A stretch of 64,000 nucleotides of DNA from the human T2T-CHM13v2.0 reference genome, Homo sapiens. Positions 28,118 through 43,517 of this stretch are shown piece by piece (the first letter of the stretch is position 1; every line of letters starts with the position of its first letter). The notes beneath the pieces are model-generated. The model was not told the DNA's origin and did not search any database. It worked only from the letters and a program-made list of their open reading frames with translations. Location of the stretch: the NCBI RefSeq assembly GCF_009914755.1, contig NC_060930.1; one strand, given 5' to 3'. The position numbers and the translations under genes were made by a program.

Positions 28118-30701
28118 CTGCCCAATGGATTATCATCACATTTGCTGCAATATAGGCTTCTAATAACCCCTAAGTTTCTACACACTCTGCTGACCATTAC
28201 CTCTCTGATTCCATCTCTAACCATTTTCTCTAACACTCCTCACTCCAACTACACTGACCACCTTGCTGTTTCTTGAACACATCTGAAAGTCCTTGACTTG
28301 ACTCAGGATTTTTTCACCTTTTTTTCTGGCTAGAGTACTTTCTCCAGGTTTTTGCATGGCTTATGTTCCTTAAAATCTTTGTTCAACCTAGTCACACCTA
28401 GACTACTCTATTTGAGTTTATAATGACTCTTACCACTTGCTATCCACACTCCCTGCTTTTTACACTTTCTCATATTCTTTATTTATTGGTGTGTTGTTTA
28501 TTTTCTGTCTTCCTTTCTAGAAGGTAATATCTATGGGGGCAGAATTTTTTTTTACTAATTTTTTTCCTGCTATAGCTTTAGTTCCTGTGACAATGCCTGT
28601 TACATAGTAGTTGCTAAATAAACATATGATGAATGGATGAATGAGTAAATGAAAAAAATATAATACAGAGTTTTTAGCGTAAAAAGTAATTAGCTAAACT
28701 AGACTTCAGTTTATGATATATTTTAAATTTAAGGATGGGATGAGTGAAGTTTCTTTACATTTGTCTATCTACTTTTGTACTCCTCCCTACCACCCTCACC
28801 CCCAATAATTTAAGATAACTGTATTTAATTTAATTTTCCTCCTTAGTAATTTATTAGTATTTATTTTCCTTAAAATCTTTAAATATGTACAATTTTAAGT
28901 GTATGTACTTTCAGTTTTCTTAAGCATCTTTTCTAATTCTTCTCTTATTCTCTATTCATTGCAAATTTTAAGGCTTCACATTAGCATTCAGTGTTTCCTG
29001 AGAAATAGGAGACTATCTTACTCCCTTACAGCCCCCTGGAAGTATAGTGATTTCTAAGCTAATAAGGAGACTATTAGATCGTATGTTGGTAACTGCTTGT
29101 GATCTCAAAATGTCTTTACGCAAATGTCAACAGCAAGGCTACTGATGGGTATCTCCTTAGTAAAAGAAGATTTATCTGCATAGTAAAATTCAGCAAGCCA
29201 TGTCCAAAGTGGACATTATAATTATTTAAAATATGTGTATAAAATCAACTTGGGAAATATTTTAAAATGATTTGAACAATAAAATATTTTCAGCATTTAT
29301 GATTTTGCTGTAAAAGTGTTCATTTTAAATTTGTAGATAAACTGAAACACTTGGAAAATTACTGTCAGCCTTCACTGTTTTAACAGACGAGTCTTATCTG
29401 AATTAAAAATGGACACGTTTTGCAACAGATAACAATGAATCTGTACCACATAATTTCTTAGGTTCCTGAGGCACTCCTGACAGGTAAATATACATGTTGC
29501 TGCATGAATAATTTTCATCTGCAACTTTTAACATATAATAAACAGGAATATCACCTAATTGGGGCAGGAGCCATATAATACTTTTCTTCTAATGAAAACA
29601 GAAAGTGACAAAGCAAGTTGATTTCTCTTATTTTAACCAAAAATTCTAAGAAATATTAAATACATTTAACCTGTGGTATGTAACCAATAACTTTCATATG
29701 CACAAAAATCTTACAATGTAGAAATAATTCAAGGGAGTCAGTATCAAGTTCTTATGATGATAGCATGTGTTTTATGATAACTTTTCTAAAATTGTCTATG
29801 TAGAGAACAAAGGTGTTTTCTTTTTGGCTATGTTATGCATTACATTGTAAACCATGAAGTGTAGTTTAATGAGGAAATCGATATTGAAAATTATATCTTA
29901 CTCGTTTGGGATAAGTAGTGATTTAAGAGAATAAAGGAAAAACTAATTCAATATCTATAGATGATACAGAAGGGCATCATTTCCCTAAACTAAACTTCAT
30001 TAATTTCTAAGAATTCATTTATTATAATTATTTTAGTTATTTGTTTATGGTGTATTAAAAACTTCACTAGATGCCTTATATACACTTATCCATTCATTTT
30101 CCCCTTGGGATTAACTGTCATGGTTTGCTTTGTTTTTGTAATCAGACTTCTCATAAATAAGATTGCTAGGATGTCAGAGGAAGGGTGCAAACAATCTCAT
30201 TATCTTTCTTATCACTCTTGGAATAACTTAGAGTTCAGAAAACCATATTTTTTTTCAGGGAAAATCCAATAGAAGGTCCTCAAGATTATTGTGACCATGC
30301 TTTATGCAGTCACTTAGGAAGAACACCTATCTTTTGCTCTCTTTAGTCGTTCCTTTTATGTTTATTTCCATGTTTTTGCTCAGAATCAAGGTGGTATTCT
30401 TCCACTAAATGTATTCTTGAATGAATTCAACTTTAGTCCAGAAAAGAGAGACTATTCTGGTGGGCAGGGAGCTCTTTTGGAGATAGTATTATTCTAAAGA
30501 TAGTGATGGCTATAAAACTCAATATAAAAGCCTTCATTTTTACCTTAAATGGGCAGCCACATACATGAGAGTTTGATGCTGCACCTAGCAACACAAAGAG
30601 TTGAAACACAGTGGTGCTATGTGAAAAACAAACAAACATATTACAGATTTATCAAAGTGTTTTTATTGAATTAATTTAATATGCCTGTTATGAATATACT
30701 T

Positions 30702-30993
30702 CTGTAATCCCAGCACTTTGAGAGGCTGAGGCGGGCAGATCACCTGAGGTCAGGAGTTCAAGACAAGCCTAGCTAACATGGTGAAACCACGTCTCTACTA
30801 AAAATACAATAATTAGCTGGGCGTGGTGGCAGGCACCTGTAGTCCCAGCTACTCAGGAGGCTGAGGCAGGAGAATTGCTTGAACCCGCGAGGCAGAGGTT
30901 GCAGTGAGCCTAGATAGGGCCACTGCACTCAAGCCTGGGCAACAGAGTGAGACTCTGTCTCAAAAAAAATAAAGAAAGAAAGGAAGAAAGAAA
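30702..30993 (+). mobile_element. AluS (Sx/Sz-like), slightly 5'-truncated
   Basis: Starts at ctgtaatcccagcac; gatcacctgaggtcaggagttc; A-rich tail. Confidence 0.92.
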
Positions 30994-32284
30994 ATACTGC
31001 ATACAGTTCACATGGACTTTATGTGACTGCAAAACTGTCAGAATTTATTTGAAGAACATGTAGGTTAGCAAATAGCAGGTTTAGAAATAATTATAGCCAA
31101 GTGCTAATTATATATAATATTGAAGGTTTTAAAAATGTTTTAAAAAGGAGTCACATATAAGCCCAGTTCTCTGTAGTCATCAAGTATTTCTCTACAGAGA
31201 AGAAAAAATTTTGGTTAGTTTTATAGAGGATAAATTTGATATGTGAGAAACAGTTGGAAAATGATGTTTATCCTTGTAACTGTTTAACTTTCATCATTAT
31301 TCAAAGTCTACTCCTATTGTAATCTATGTTTCTTAGTTTTTGAGAGTTAGATGGTTTCCTTGTGTATTAAGTTGGAGGATTTGCTAGTAAAAAGTCAGCG
31401 TACAATAATAGGTATCCATGTGATTCCCACAAGAAGTTATTCAAATATCAGAATCTAACACATGTTGGAGTAAGGTTTTCACACAGATTTTATGTATTAG
31501 TTTTCATATATTAATTTGCAGATAACTTATTCCAAGATTTGTCTTACATAAATGTTATTACCATTAATCTTAAGTTTTATGGAAGTTTTAAAGGTAGATT
31601 CTTGTGTAGATGCAGGTTTATAAATTCTTTCTAAGATATTCAGTGAAATGAATAAAAGGAACCAAAAATAGAGCTATATGAACTTCATTAATGTTAAAGC
31701 TAGCAAATAGATACATTATTATCTTATACATTCTGAGGAACAACTTCCATTTATAGAGAAATTAAAATCAGATTACAAAAAAGATTTTGTGAGTTGATAA
31801 ATAATTTCCATACTCAAAATGGGCTGCACTACAATATGATGTAAGTGTATGCATTTCTAAAGTACCTATTCCTATCCCTTTATCATGAACCATAAAGTCT
31901 GGGGACTTATCAGAGAAAGAAGATATGAAAACCACTCCATATATGACCTATTCCAAAACTGGGGATTGGCAGTGGCATCAGGGATAAAGAAGAGGCTGCA
32001 CAATTTTACCTAGTCATATTTTTTTGCCCCTAACTTCTGGATAATTTAAGGTGAAGATTAGAGAAGATGAGAAACAGGTCAAGGAATAAACTGTGACGAA
32101 ACTATAGTTGCAGAGCAACCCTGAAGCATAAATGAGTATACACAGAAAATATATTTTATGAAATAAAAATACAGAACCAGAAAAGATTTTAACACCAGAA
32201 GAACAAGATTATTCTAAGCTACAATTTAAATGGGGCAGATAGGACTTGTGTAGATTCTCTCCCATTCAAATCTCAGAAAAAGCG

Positions 32285-32564
32285 TATCCTAGTTCCATAT
32301 TGGAGGAGTCAACCACCCCATATGGAAAATATTTGAAAAAAAATTAAAAATAATACAAATAAAAAATGAAACTGTATAACCACTATTTAAAGAGCATTTA
32401 CTTTATATTAGGTGTTACAAATAATGTAGAGATTTAAAGTATATGGGAGGATGTACATAGTTTATATGCAAATACTAATACATTATATAAAGGACTTGAG
32501 CATCTGAGGATTTTAGAATCCAGGAGTTCTGGAACCAATCCTTGTGGATACCAAGGTACAATTG
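32285..32564. mobile_element. Tigger3/MER7-type DNA transposon
   Basis: ttaaagtatatgggaggatgt...ggacttgagcatc...ctggaaccaatcc...ggatacc. Confidence 0.75.
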
Positions 32565-35169
32565 TATTACCTACATAGTATTGATGTTATTATATTTGTG
32601 ACATTCTTTCAGCATATTTCATGTTCAATGTTATCAATTTTTTAAAATTACATGTTCAATATTATCAGATTCAGTTTAGATGTGAGCAATGGGAGGAAAA
32701 ATTTCATTGGCTTAAGCTTGATAGAAGTTTCTCTTTCACATAACAGTTTGAAAATAGGCTGATATGAAAATTCTGCTCCACCAATTCCTCAGGGACACAA
32801 AATGTCTTGCATATTTCTACTCCACTAACTCCTGGTATTATATTTACCTTCATGAAAGATTGAGCTCCAAGACTAGTATTTATAGTCCAAAGAAAAGGAG
32901 TAAGGCATAGATGGCAACAGACAAGACACAAGGAATGCATTAGTTATCTGCTAAGGAATATTGTAAGAAACTGCTAGATGACAATTTGCTTAAAGATTAA
33001 TCTCCAAAATACTAGACCCAAATCAAGTCTGATATCTTCATATGATGTATAGTCCTATCTATAGGTCCAGAGTTTAGATATTTAAATGACACATAAATTA
33101 ATAGACAATTTAACTTTCTATAATCCCCCAAATGTAGTGGTTGAGTAGAAACAGGATATATACAATAAAAATTCCCATTCAGAAGAAAGAACATTAAAAA
33201 ACTCAGCAGTTTTTGTTTCATGGCACTGACCAAAACTTAACTAGGTAAGAACTGAGAAGACCTCATTTATTACATGGAATACGTGCCATGATTATTTCAG
33301 CAGGCAGCCTTTGGTTCTGCTCTAGGGGAAATTTCCTTTTTCTTTGTTCTCACAGTTCTGTGGCCCCAGGCTCTTCTACAGTGGGCTGGAGAGTTTTGTA
33401 GCTTGCCTCACATCAGATAATGTTGTTGACTCTGATAGCACTGACTTTATTCTGAATTCTTTAAGTGAGTATAAGCTATTTTATGTAACACAGTGGTGTC
33501 TATGTCTGTCATTTCAGTCAACCCGATGTTACTATTGACACTTTGTTGTAATGGTTGTATAGTATGTTCTTATAAATACATATAACTATTTGTTCATTTG
33601 CAAATGATTGACCAGGTTGATTATTATATGGATTTTGCTTATTTTCCTCTGTGGTTGTATATCTGATTATCCAGAAAAGCTTTACATGGAGTGGGATTAT
33701 GGTTGGTGATGAGCATCCCAGGAACATCTATTAAGATACTCAAGAGCCCAGAGATGTATTATGTGACTGAGAACTATTCAGTTAGACTATCATTTTATAC
33801 AATTATTAAGATAGTTTATTATATTTGAATTTTAGATAACTTTTATTGAATTTACTAATATATATCTGATATTTAATTTACACAATCTCAGTTTTTTTTG
33901 TATTTTTATCATTCTTACATCAATAACAATTGGACAATTGGGCTAGATCTGAAATAAATAAAAAATAAAGACTTTTTTTTAACCATTTAAGAGTTATATT
34001 GTGACCTGATCAGATAATACGCAAAACAAAAAGACTGCACCAAAATAAGCTTGGAATGGAAAGGTGGTAAAACCTTCCTAATTTTTATGTTTTGGGAAAA
34101 TGTTCCACAACTTGAACAACTAACTGTTAAAATACAGTGTTTAGAAAATGTTGACATCTATTGTATTTATGGGAAATATATATTGACTCATGATTATTCA
34201 AATAACATTCCATAATTGCTCCAAAACATAAATTGTGAACAATAGAGCTTTCCTGCTTCACTAACTTTTTAAAAGCCTGAATTTGTCTCTTTATATAAAC
34301 TTTAAGTCTCTGCAGTATTTATATGTAGCATTTTAACTGTATGAATCAAAACATATTACCCATATATAGTCTATTTATCATAATAAATTAGTCTGTCCTT
34401 TCTTTACATTAACAATCTCGCAACTGTAATTAAGATTCATAAGAAGAAAAAATTGCTAGATTTTTAAAACACTGGATATTGATCCATTGTAATGATACAA
34501 GCATTTGAAAAAAATTTAGGGGTAAAATAATTTTGTTCCAATTTTAAGTGAATTTATATTTAAAATGAATTATTAGAAAGGAAAGGTGCATTTCTCTTAA
34601 ACTATATAATTGACTTTTAATGCAGAAATCTTTATAAGGCTATGGATGTGGTTAACACTAACTTCAACTTAAAATGGTCTCTAAAGTTAGAAGATATAAA
34701 ATGGAGGTGGAATAAAAATCTAACTGTTAAGATGTTAGCGGATTAAAAATTTGCAAGATATGATTGTAATTTTAAAGTTCTTAATAAGTTTTACAACACT
34801 GCAGTCTATGTGGTTTCTTAGATAGGCTTTTAATATAGACACAGCATAATTTTTAATAATTAAATATAATGTGATTTTTGTAAGAGAAAATAAATAAAAA
34901 TTATTTTAAGTTAATAGATGATTTCCACTGGACCAAAAAGTATGCTGCCTCATTCTGTGCTAACTTTTTGTACTGAAAGATTAGTGTGTTATTTGGATAA
35001 ACAGATCACTAACTGGGTTTTATGTTTACTTTGTTGAGATAAATTTTAGGAGATGGATATTATAATATTTAGAAAGATTTTCCACTTCTTTATTGCAATA
35101 TATATACTTAAAATAGCATATTCAGAGTTCAAAAATTACATTTATATTATTTTATTATTTTTATTACTG

Positions 35170-35297
35170 TTTTTATTTAAAGAGATAGGGCCCCACAATA
35201 TTGGCCAGGCTGCTCTTGAACCCCTGGCCTCAAGTGATGCTCTGGGCTCAGATTCCCAAAGTGCTGGGATTACAAGTGTGAGCCACTGCACCTGGCC
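35170..35297 (-). mobile_element. FLAM_C/Alu left monomer
   Basis: ttggccaggctg...cccaaagtgctgggattacaagtgtgagccac. Confidence 0.85.
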
Positions 35298-35857
35298 CCA
35301 TGTATATTATTTTGCTAGCATTTTATTCTTCCTGTTTTTCTTATTAGATTGATCAGATTAATTTTTTGCCTATTGCAGATTATTTCTAAACCAAATAGCA
35401 ATATTTATTCTAAAATAACTTTTAAATATGCTGCGATATGTAATATTTATAGAACAAATTTGATTAAAACTAAATTCACATATTATCCTATGTTTTGAGC
35501 ATCAATAAAACAGTTCAAAATTTCTTTGGATGCCAGAGAGATCAATAAGCTTAAATCTTATGTTAAAGCAAGTTCCATTTTAGTTACCAAGTTTTGCTTA
35601 AATGAAGAGTGCTTTTCACTAACCTCTGTGACAATATGAAAACATTTGGCTGCAATTAAGAAACTAAAGTTTTAAAAACTGTGTGTTGCTTCATATTGTT
35701 ATTAAATTGTCCTCAAGATTTAATTAACTAAAATATTGCATTTTTGTAACCTATTTTCAGCATCAGTAGTTATGTACTTTCTGTGACAAAAATATCAGAG
35801 GTCAATGTCTTAGCTCAGCCTAATTTAAGATAAAGTTAAAACAAAGATCCATTTATC

Positions 35858-36211
35858 TTTTTCTCTCCCTTTTTTTTAAATTTTTATCTTTTGAGACAGA
35901 GTCTTTTGCTGTGTCACCCAGGCTAGATTGCAGTGGCATGATCTCAGCTCACTATAACCTCCGCCTCCCAGGTTCAAGCAATTCTCCTACCCCAGCCTCT
36001 CCAGTAGCTGGGCCCACAGCACATGCCACCACGCCCTGCTAGGTTTTTTTTTTTTTTTTTTTTTTTTTTTGGTGTTTGGTGTTTGGTATGTTTAGTAGAG
36101 ACAAAGTTTCACTATGTTGGCCAGGCTGGTCTCGAACTCCTGACCTCAACTGATCTGCCCACCTCACCTCCCAAAGTGCTGGGATTACAGGCGTGAGCCA
36201 AAGTCCCTGGC
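35858..36211 (-). mobile_element. AluS with expanded central A-tract
   Basis: Dimer with a ~27-nt T run at 36044-36070; TSD-like aaaga(t/c)ccattt on both sides. Confidence 0.9.
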
Positions 36212-37941
36212 AGAAAGACCCATTTTTCTATAGTACCAAGTACATTAGTAGAGTTTGAAAAAATATGATATTGTATAGACTTAAGTTGCAACTGTATAAT
36301 ACAAAATAAAATATAAAAAACCATATGCTGTTTCTATTTCATTCAGTTATCAAGATGAATTCATTTATTCTTCAGAGATGCTATTTTTATTACCCAGCAG
36401 TGTGATGAATTCTGGTGTTTGGGAGAGTGTCTGTGGACAAAGAAGCATCATAAAGCATACCATGGAAAGTCCAATTGCACTGCCCACATGCACAGTGCAT
36501 GTATAAAGCACTCAATACTAACCTTAGTTACATAAATGAAGAAACTAACCAACACTCATGAAAGATACCTTGTGGTAGAGATATGTTCAATGCAGGATGT
36601 TTTACAACCCATGTGTTCACATGTAAGAAAGAAATTAATATAAGAAAATGTATATATTTATTTATTTAACATTTATTTGGTATTTTTTGTTGCTCTATAT
36701 TCTTGGTCACCAGATAGAGAATATAAGTTCCTTTTTTTTTCTTCCATTCTCTGCTTTTTTTTTTTTTTTTTTTGCTATCCTACACTTCATGCACTCATCT
36801 TTCAGTCTCTCTTCTGTGTCTTTCCTCTACCTTAGTACATCAATGTTCTTTACACTGGGAACAATGACAAAACTTTGAGGTGACTGTTTAAAAGGTCACA
36901 TATGATGAGATCTGACTGGAAGTGACCCAAAGAACCTCTAAGGAGTTTAGTTTTCATAGGCATGATGCAACAGGCTTGCACAATCAAAGTAAGAGGAGAT
37001 ACAAAAGAAGAAAATAGTAAAATCTGCAAATAGATGAGAAATCAAGGCCCCACCACTCATTTAAAACTTTCCACACTGAATCACTGGTTTGCACTTGTTG
37101 GCTAGTGAATAAAGGATAATTTTATTAAATAGCAATTAAAATAAATAGATAATTAAACTCATTTTCATTAATAGTGACTTATCGGTATATGGCTGTAATC
37201 ATTGTCTGGAGAGACATAATCTAGAGAAGGATCTCCAAGGGAAGTTAAAATGGTTGAAAGCATAGGAATAAAGATATGCTTGTAGAAAGGAAATGATAGG
37301 CATTGGTGTGAAACGGGAGAATAATATAAACCTATAGAGGATGTGGATGGAAAGAATGGCATTAGTGAGAATAAAACAAGAAAAAATAGGATAAATCCAT
37401 GTATGTTAGAGCACTTCTTTGAGAACTAGCAAACAGAAGACCATTAAATTCATCCTTTTGTCGTCTGTGTGATGAATATTACTTTATTATTTGAGACTGC
37501 TGTTTCCATAGCCAAAAAATTAATATACAATGTAATTATCTGGATATGACCTAATAATGTCAAAAGAATCTTTTCTCTTACATCAGGTCATAATTCTGGT
37601 TTCTACAATTATATATTTCATCACATAAAAATTTAGCACAGGAAAATTTGAAATTGGTGCATTTACATAGGGCAATACTTTAGTGTAGCTCTAATTTCCA
37701 AACTTGACATAATTATTGGAGTTCTCCTTTACTAAAGATACTGAAATGTTTGCATTTCAAGAAAATCAAGAAGATAACATGCTAAGTCCTTTTAGTTACT
37801 TCACTAAACTACAAAGGCTTGGAAGTGACACCTGATTCTAGATTTTCTGAAATATATCTATCAATAAAGAAAAGCTATAGATAGACCTCTTCAGGAAATC
37901 TAATGGTGCTCAGCCAGGTTAAAAAAAAAAATGTACTTGTG

Positions 37942-38261
<320 letters not shown>

Positions 38262-41059
38262 TCAGAATTTTAGCTATTAGAAAAAGTGTCTTTTTGTAAA
38301 TTAACTTTCTATTATTCTCCTAGCCCAAGTGTTAATGTAATATTTTGTGGTACTTAATGTCAAAAAGAAGCTGCTGCTGAGAAATAGTTTCTTGTTAGCT
38401 TCCAAATGTCACCTAATCGTAACAATCAATCTCAAAACTAAAGGTACTAAACCTTTATCCTGGACAGATAGTAGAATGAAAATGCCTCTGGTTAATACTT
38501 TATAGTATGACTTTGTATTTAGTTAATTAATGATCATGGAAATGGACTTGGTAAACCAATTTAAACAGAGGAGTTTATCATGAATCAAGGTGAAAAGATT
38601 AAGGAAGCTCTAGAAAGAAATGGTGTGATAAATATTCATATGAAACCCAGCTTCTTAAAAAAATTAAAAATTTTAATAGTTAAATATAGTTCCAGAATAG
38701 GAGGCTTATTTGATTTTACATTTAAGACAGAGAAATTCATGTTTAATATCCAAATTTAATTATGTCATTTAATTTTATTTTTGGGAGTTCCAAATTACAT
38801 AATCAATAGCAGTGTAGAATACATTATCAACTTCTTTTTTATTTTAAATGTATTGGCTCAATCTAGTATAATTTTCTCTATGTTATCATAATTCTGGATA
38901 TCTGAAAAAGTTACTTTAAAAATATTAGTTGAAAAGTCTACATTTTAGTTTGTCTTTGTCCATTATATTAATAATTTGTCTGTCTAATAGGTAAAAAAAT
39001 TTAACTGTAGAATTTTTCTTTCTTTTTTGAAAAAAATTGTAATATGTCATAAGCAGCCTTAGCAATTCCCCCATGTAAAGCTGCCTAACCACTAAACTTC
39101 TACTTAACAGAAGAATATGATGAATAAATTATTTTAGGTAATTTTGGTGGTTTTTTTTGAAAACTGATTCTATACCTGTATTAAGAAATATTTTTCATTC
39201 TTAAGTTTAATAGTATTAAAGGCCTTGTGAAACAAGACATATATTTTTTCTTATTCCTTGACATATGAGATATGCGAATTCTATGCCACATAGTGAGTGA
39301 ATAAACAATTGTCTTCAAACAACAAGGATGAGCTAAATGGAAGCAAATAAATATTAATAGTATAATTTCTAGAATTCCTTTCCTGTTAGCCCTCCTATTA
39401 CTCAAAGATATTACTTTGGATATACATAATTGAGAACCATTGGCTTAAAAAAAGTATTTATCTAGGAGGAAAAAGAAAATATCTTCTCTACCTCTTTCAA
39501 ACTACTGAAGAGCTGTGATTTAATTTTACTTTACCACAAGAGTTTTCTTACATGTCCTATCCTAAAGCAAATACTGAAGAATGAAGCAAAATGGACTACT
39601 TAATTTCATTTATAAAGTTGTCAGGTACATATTGTCTCTCCATATAAAAGTATGTTTTGATTTCATTCCGAAAGGTTAAATTGAGAGAAAACCATATCTT
39701 GTAAGTCACAGAACCAGTTGAACATCAAATCATCTACATTCTCCTAAACTCACTGGATAAACCTTTTTTAAATAAATGATAAAACATTCAAATTTTGCCT
39801 GTCAAGTAATGACACCTAAGGAGGGCCATGTAAGTACAATTTTCCAAAAGTTTTACATTGCACAATATTCCATTCTCAATACAATCATGAATATTCATGA
39901 TAATATATTCATTTTAAATTTCTGGCACTGGGGTGAATATTTCTGAATTAGTATGCCTGATAAGAGTACAGCACATTACTGGAAGTTGAGATGAATGCTG
40001 GACTCCTTTAACCTTTATAAAATCTGTTTTTGAGTTTTTGCCTACTTCTTTTCCTCTCATCACAGCAGCCAAAGCCATAAACTCAGTGAAAACAATGAGA
40101 AAATTAAGTCAGCAAATACAAAACGTCATGAGAAATGATTGCCAGGAAGAGTCACAAGAATTTTCCAAAACTCTATTGAACTATATTCCCAGGACACCAA
40201 GTGGGGAAAAGCAACCATAATATATAATTGCCTTCATATACAATGAATGACCTGAAATTTATAAATTTTTCTTCAATTGGTATGAAGAAATTAAGTATTT
40301 GACCTGGTAGGTAAATTGTAGAACTTTTTATAAAAAGTATGAATGTAAGAATGAGGGAAATAAAGAACAAGGGAAAAGAAAAAGACAATTTGTTTTACTT
40401 TTTAAAATATCTACATCTTTTCTGTTGAGGTTTATTCAAACAACCATTATCAAATTCAAATTAGAACAGCTTAATAGGACTAATGAGTACACATAACAAA
40501 TAACTATTGAGTAATTTCTGAAAAGATATCAACCTTAGGAAATAAAAGGCTAACTGTGCTCTTAAAGCTTCATTATATTTGGAGTTTGCTAAAGTGGTTC
40601 TTAAACTATTTTGAAAATTAATAGAAACTAATTGTCATTTTTTTCTTTGTCTTATAAGGTATGCATTTACCTTTAAATGACCAGGAAAATGAAGAGGGTT
40701 ATCAACGTAAAAGAAGATTATTTCTCTATTAAAAACTTAAATTATCATGATTTCTTTCAAGATTTGTCTTTTATTCTTTGTGTTTTGCTTATTTTTAAGG
40801 GCTGTATATACATAATCTTTTTTATGTTTAAGGAAATAAACAGTAAGAAGGATGGTCAATTTGAACAGCTTTATCTATGAACTAGGAAAAGCCAGCATCC
40901 TAATGTATCACGTTTATTTTATCCCTTGAATGTAATGGACCTACAGGATTCCAGGTGCGCTGGGTCTCAGCACCACTTACCCTGTTAGAGTAGAGCAATG
41001 GCAAAAAGCTGTGGTGTTCCACTTTTCATCGAGTTCCTGAAACCCTTGGTTTACCTCTA

Positions 41060-41463
41060 TGTTGGTCAGGTTCTCCACAGACACACAACCAATGGGCTGT
41101 GTTTATATATAGAAATAAATTTATCTTTATGGAATTGGGTCATATAGTTATGGTATCTGACAAGCCCCAAATCAGCAGTGTGAGCCATCAGCCTGGAGTC
41201 CCAAGGAAGAGTCAATGTAGCAGTTCAAGTCTGCAAGTTGTCAGAATAGTATAATTTTTTCTTGTTCAGGGGAGGTCAGTTCTTTTGTACATTAAGGCTT
41301 TCAACTGATTGGATGAGGCCCATGTACAATATGTAGGGCAATTTACTTTACTCACAGTCCACTGCTTTAACTGTCAATCTCACAAAAACATTCAGAACAA
41401 TGCTTGAACAAATATCTGGGCACCATGACCCAGCCAAGTTTGGATGTAAGATTAACCATCACA
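41060..41463 (-). mobile_element. MLT2 solo LTR
   Basis: caactgattggatgaggccc...aaatatctgggcacc...attaaccatcaca. Confidence 0.85.
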
Positions 41464-41649
41464 CCTTCCAACAAAATTGCAAAATGTAAAACGCTGCACA
41501 ACCTAATAATTCTCTGTCTTAAACAGGTACACAGTTGCTAGAATTAAGGAGAATTGAAGAGGACTGATACAATGGTGAAATGAGGATATCTGTAAACTTT
41601 TCCTTTATAAAAGCAATGAAAATACTGGCAAAAATGATCAAAATTGACT

Positions 41650-41964
<315 letters not shown>

Positions 41965-42441
41965 TTAGAATGGTAATTAGAAAAAGATTTGCAAAAGAAT
42001 TTTTTAAAAAAGAATAATGTGAAGTGAAGAAAAAATTGCTGAACTTTGGTAAGAACAGTGGGCTTTGTAGAATTTTAACTCAGCCTAATCCAACCGCCCC
42101 CTGCTTCCTCCAGCTCCAAGTAGACTTGCAAAGCAGCCGCTTCACATTATAGTACATGTGAAAACCAGCAGCCTTGCAGCCATCAGAGAAGGCCGACTGT
42201 AGGTGGAATTCCTCATGAAAGCCCCATCCCAGTTGTAGTGTCACTATTTGATGTACTTGGTAGCTTACTAGAAAAGTCTCATTCTCAGAGTGATGTTGTT
42301 TTTTGATTGACATGGAACTCATTTGTTAGATAAAGGCCTATGCCCAGAGAGATTTTCAAAAATAATTAGCTACAAGTTTATTAAGGCTGCAATATCAGCT
42401 GAAACAAAGAAAAGCTTGATCAAAAACAGAAAAGGAAAACC

Positions 42442-43202
<761 letters not shown>

Positions 43203-43517
43203 GTATGGAAATAAGACACCCAAGGGGTTGTGAAAAAATCTGACATATTCTTGGGGATCAGGAAGGCTGTGTGCATGTATAGGACTGTGTGCAGTCCACA
43301 GAAGAACTAAACAGACAACAATATCTCACCTCTGGTTGACCTTGAGGTCCAGTGCAAGCAGGCAGTAAAGGCTAAGGCAGATTTATAAAATGTCTAAGCA
43401 TTGAAGACATGCCCCAAACCACACACTGAGCCCCTCTGCAAAGTGTAAAAGACGTAGTGGTTCAAGACATTCAAGGAAATATCTGTCCAATAATTAGATG
43501 GCCACTAGCTTAACTGA

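Larger units (their letters stand above)
27060..28650 (+). mobile_element. L2 element interrupted by MLT2 and Tigger1
   Basis: gcaaatcctgttgactctgccttcaaa; acaatgcctgttacatagtag...gatgaatggatgaatgag tail. Confidence 0.8.

Noticed and set aside
32620-32672. Short direct repeat catgttcaat(g/a)ttatca
   Set aside because: Ordinary slippage-type duplication in AT-rich DNA.
32800-33420. Possible very old LTR or MaLR-internal sequence
   Set aside because: Too diverged to assign by eye.
36490-36506. Palindrome acatgcac-a-gtgcatgt
   Set aside because: 8-bp arms are expected by chance in 64 kb.
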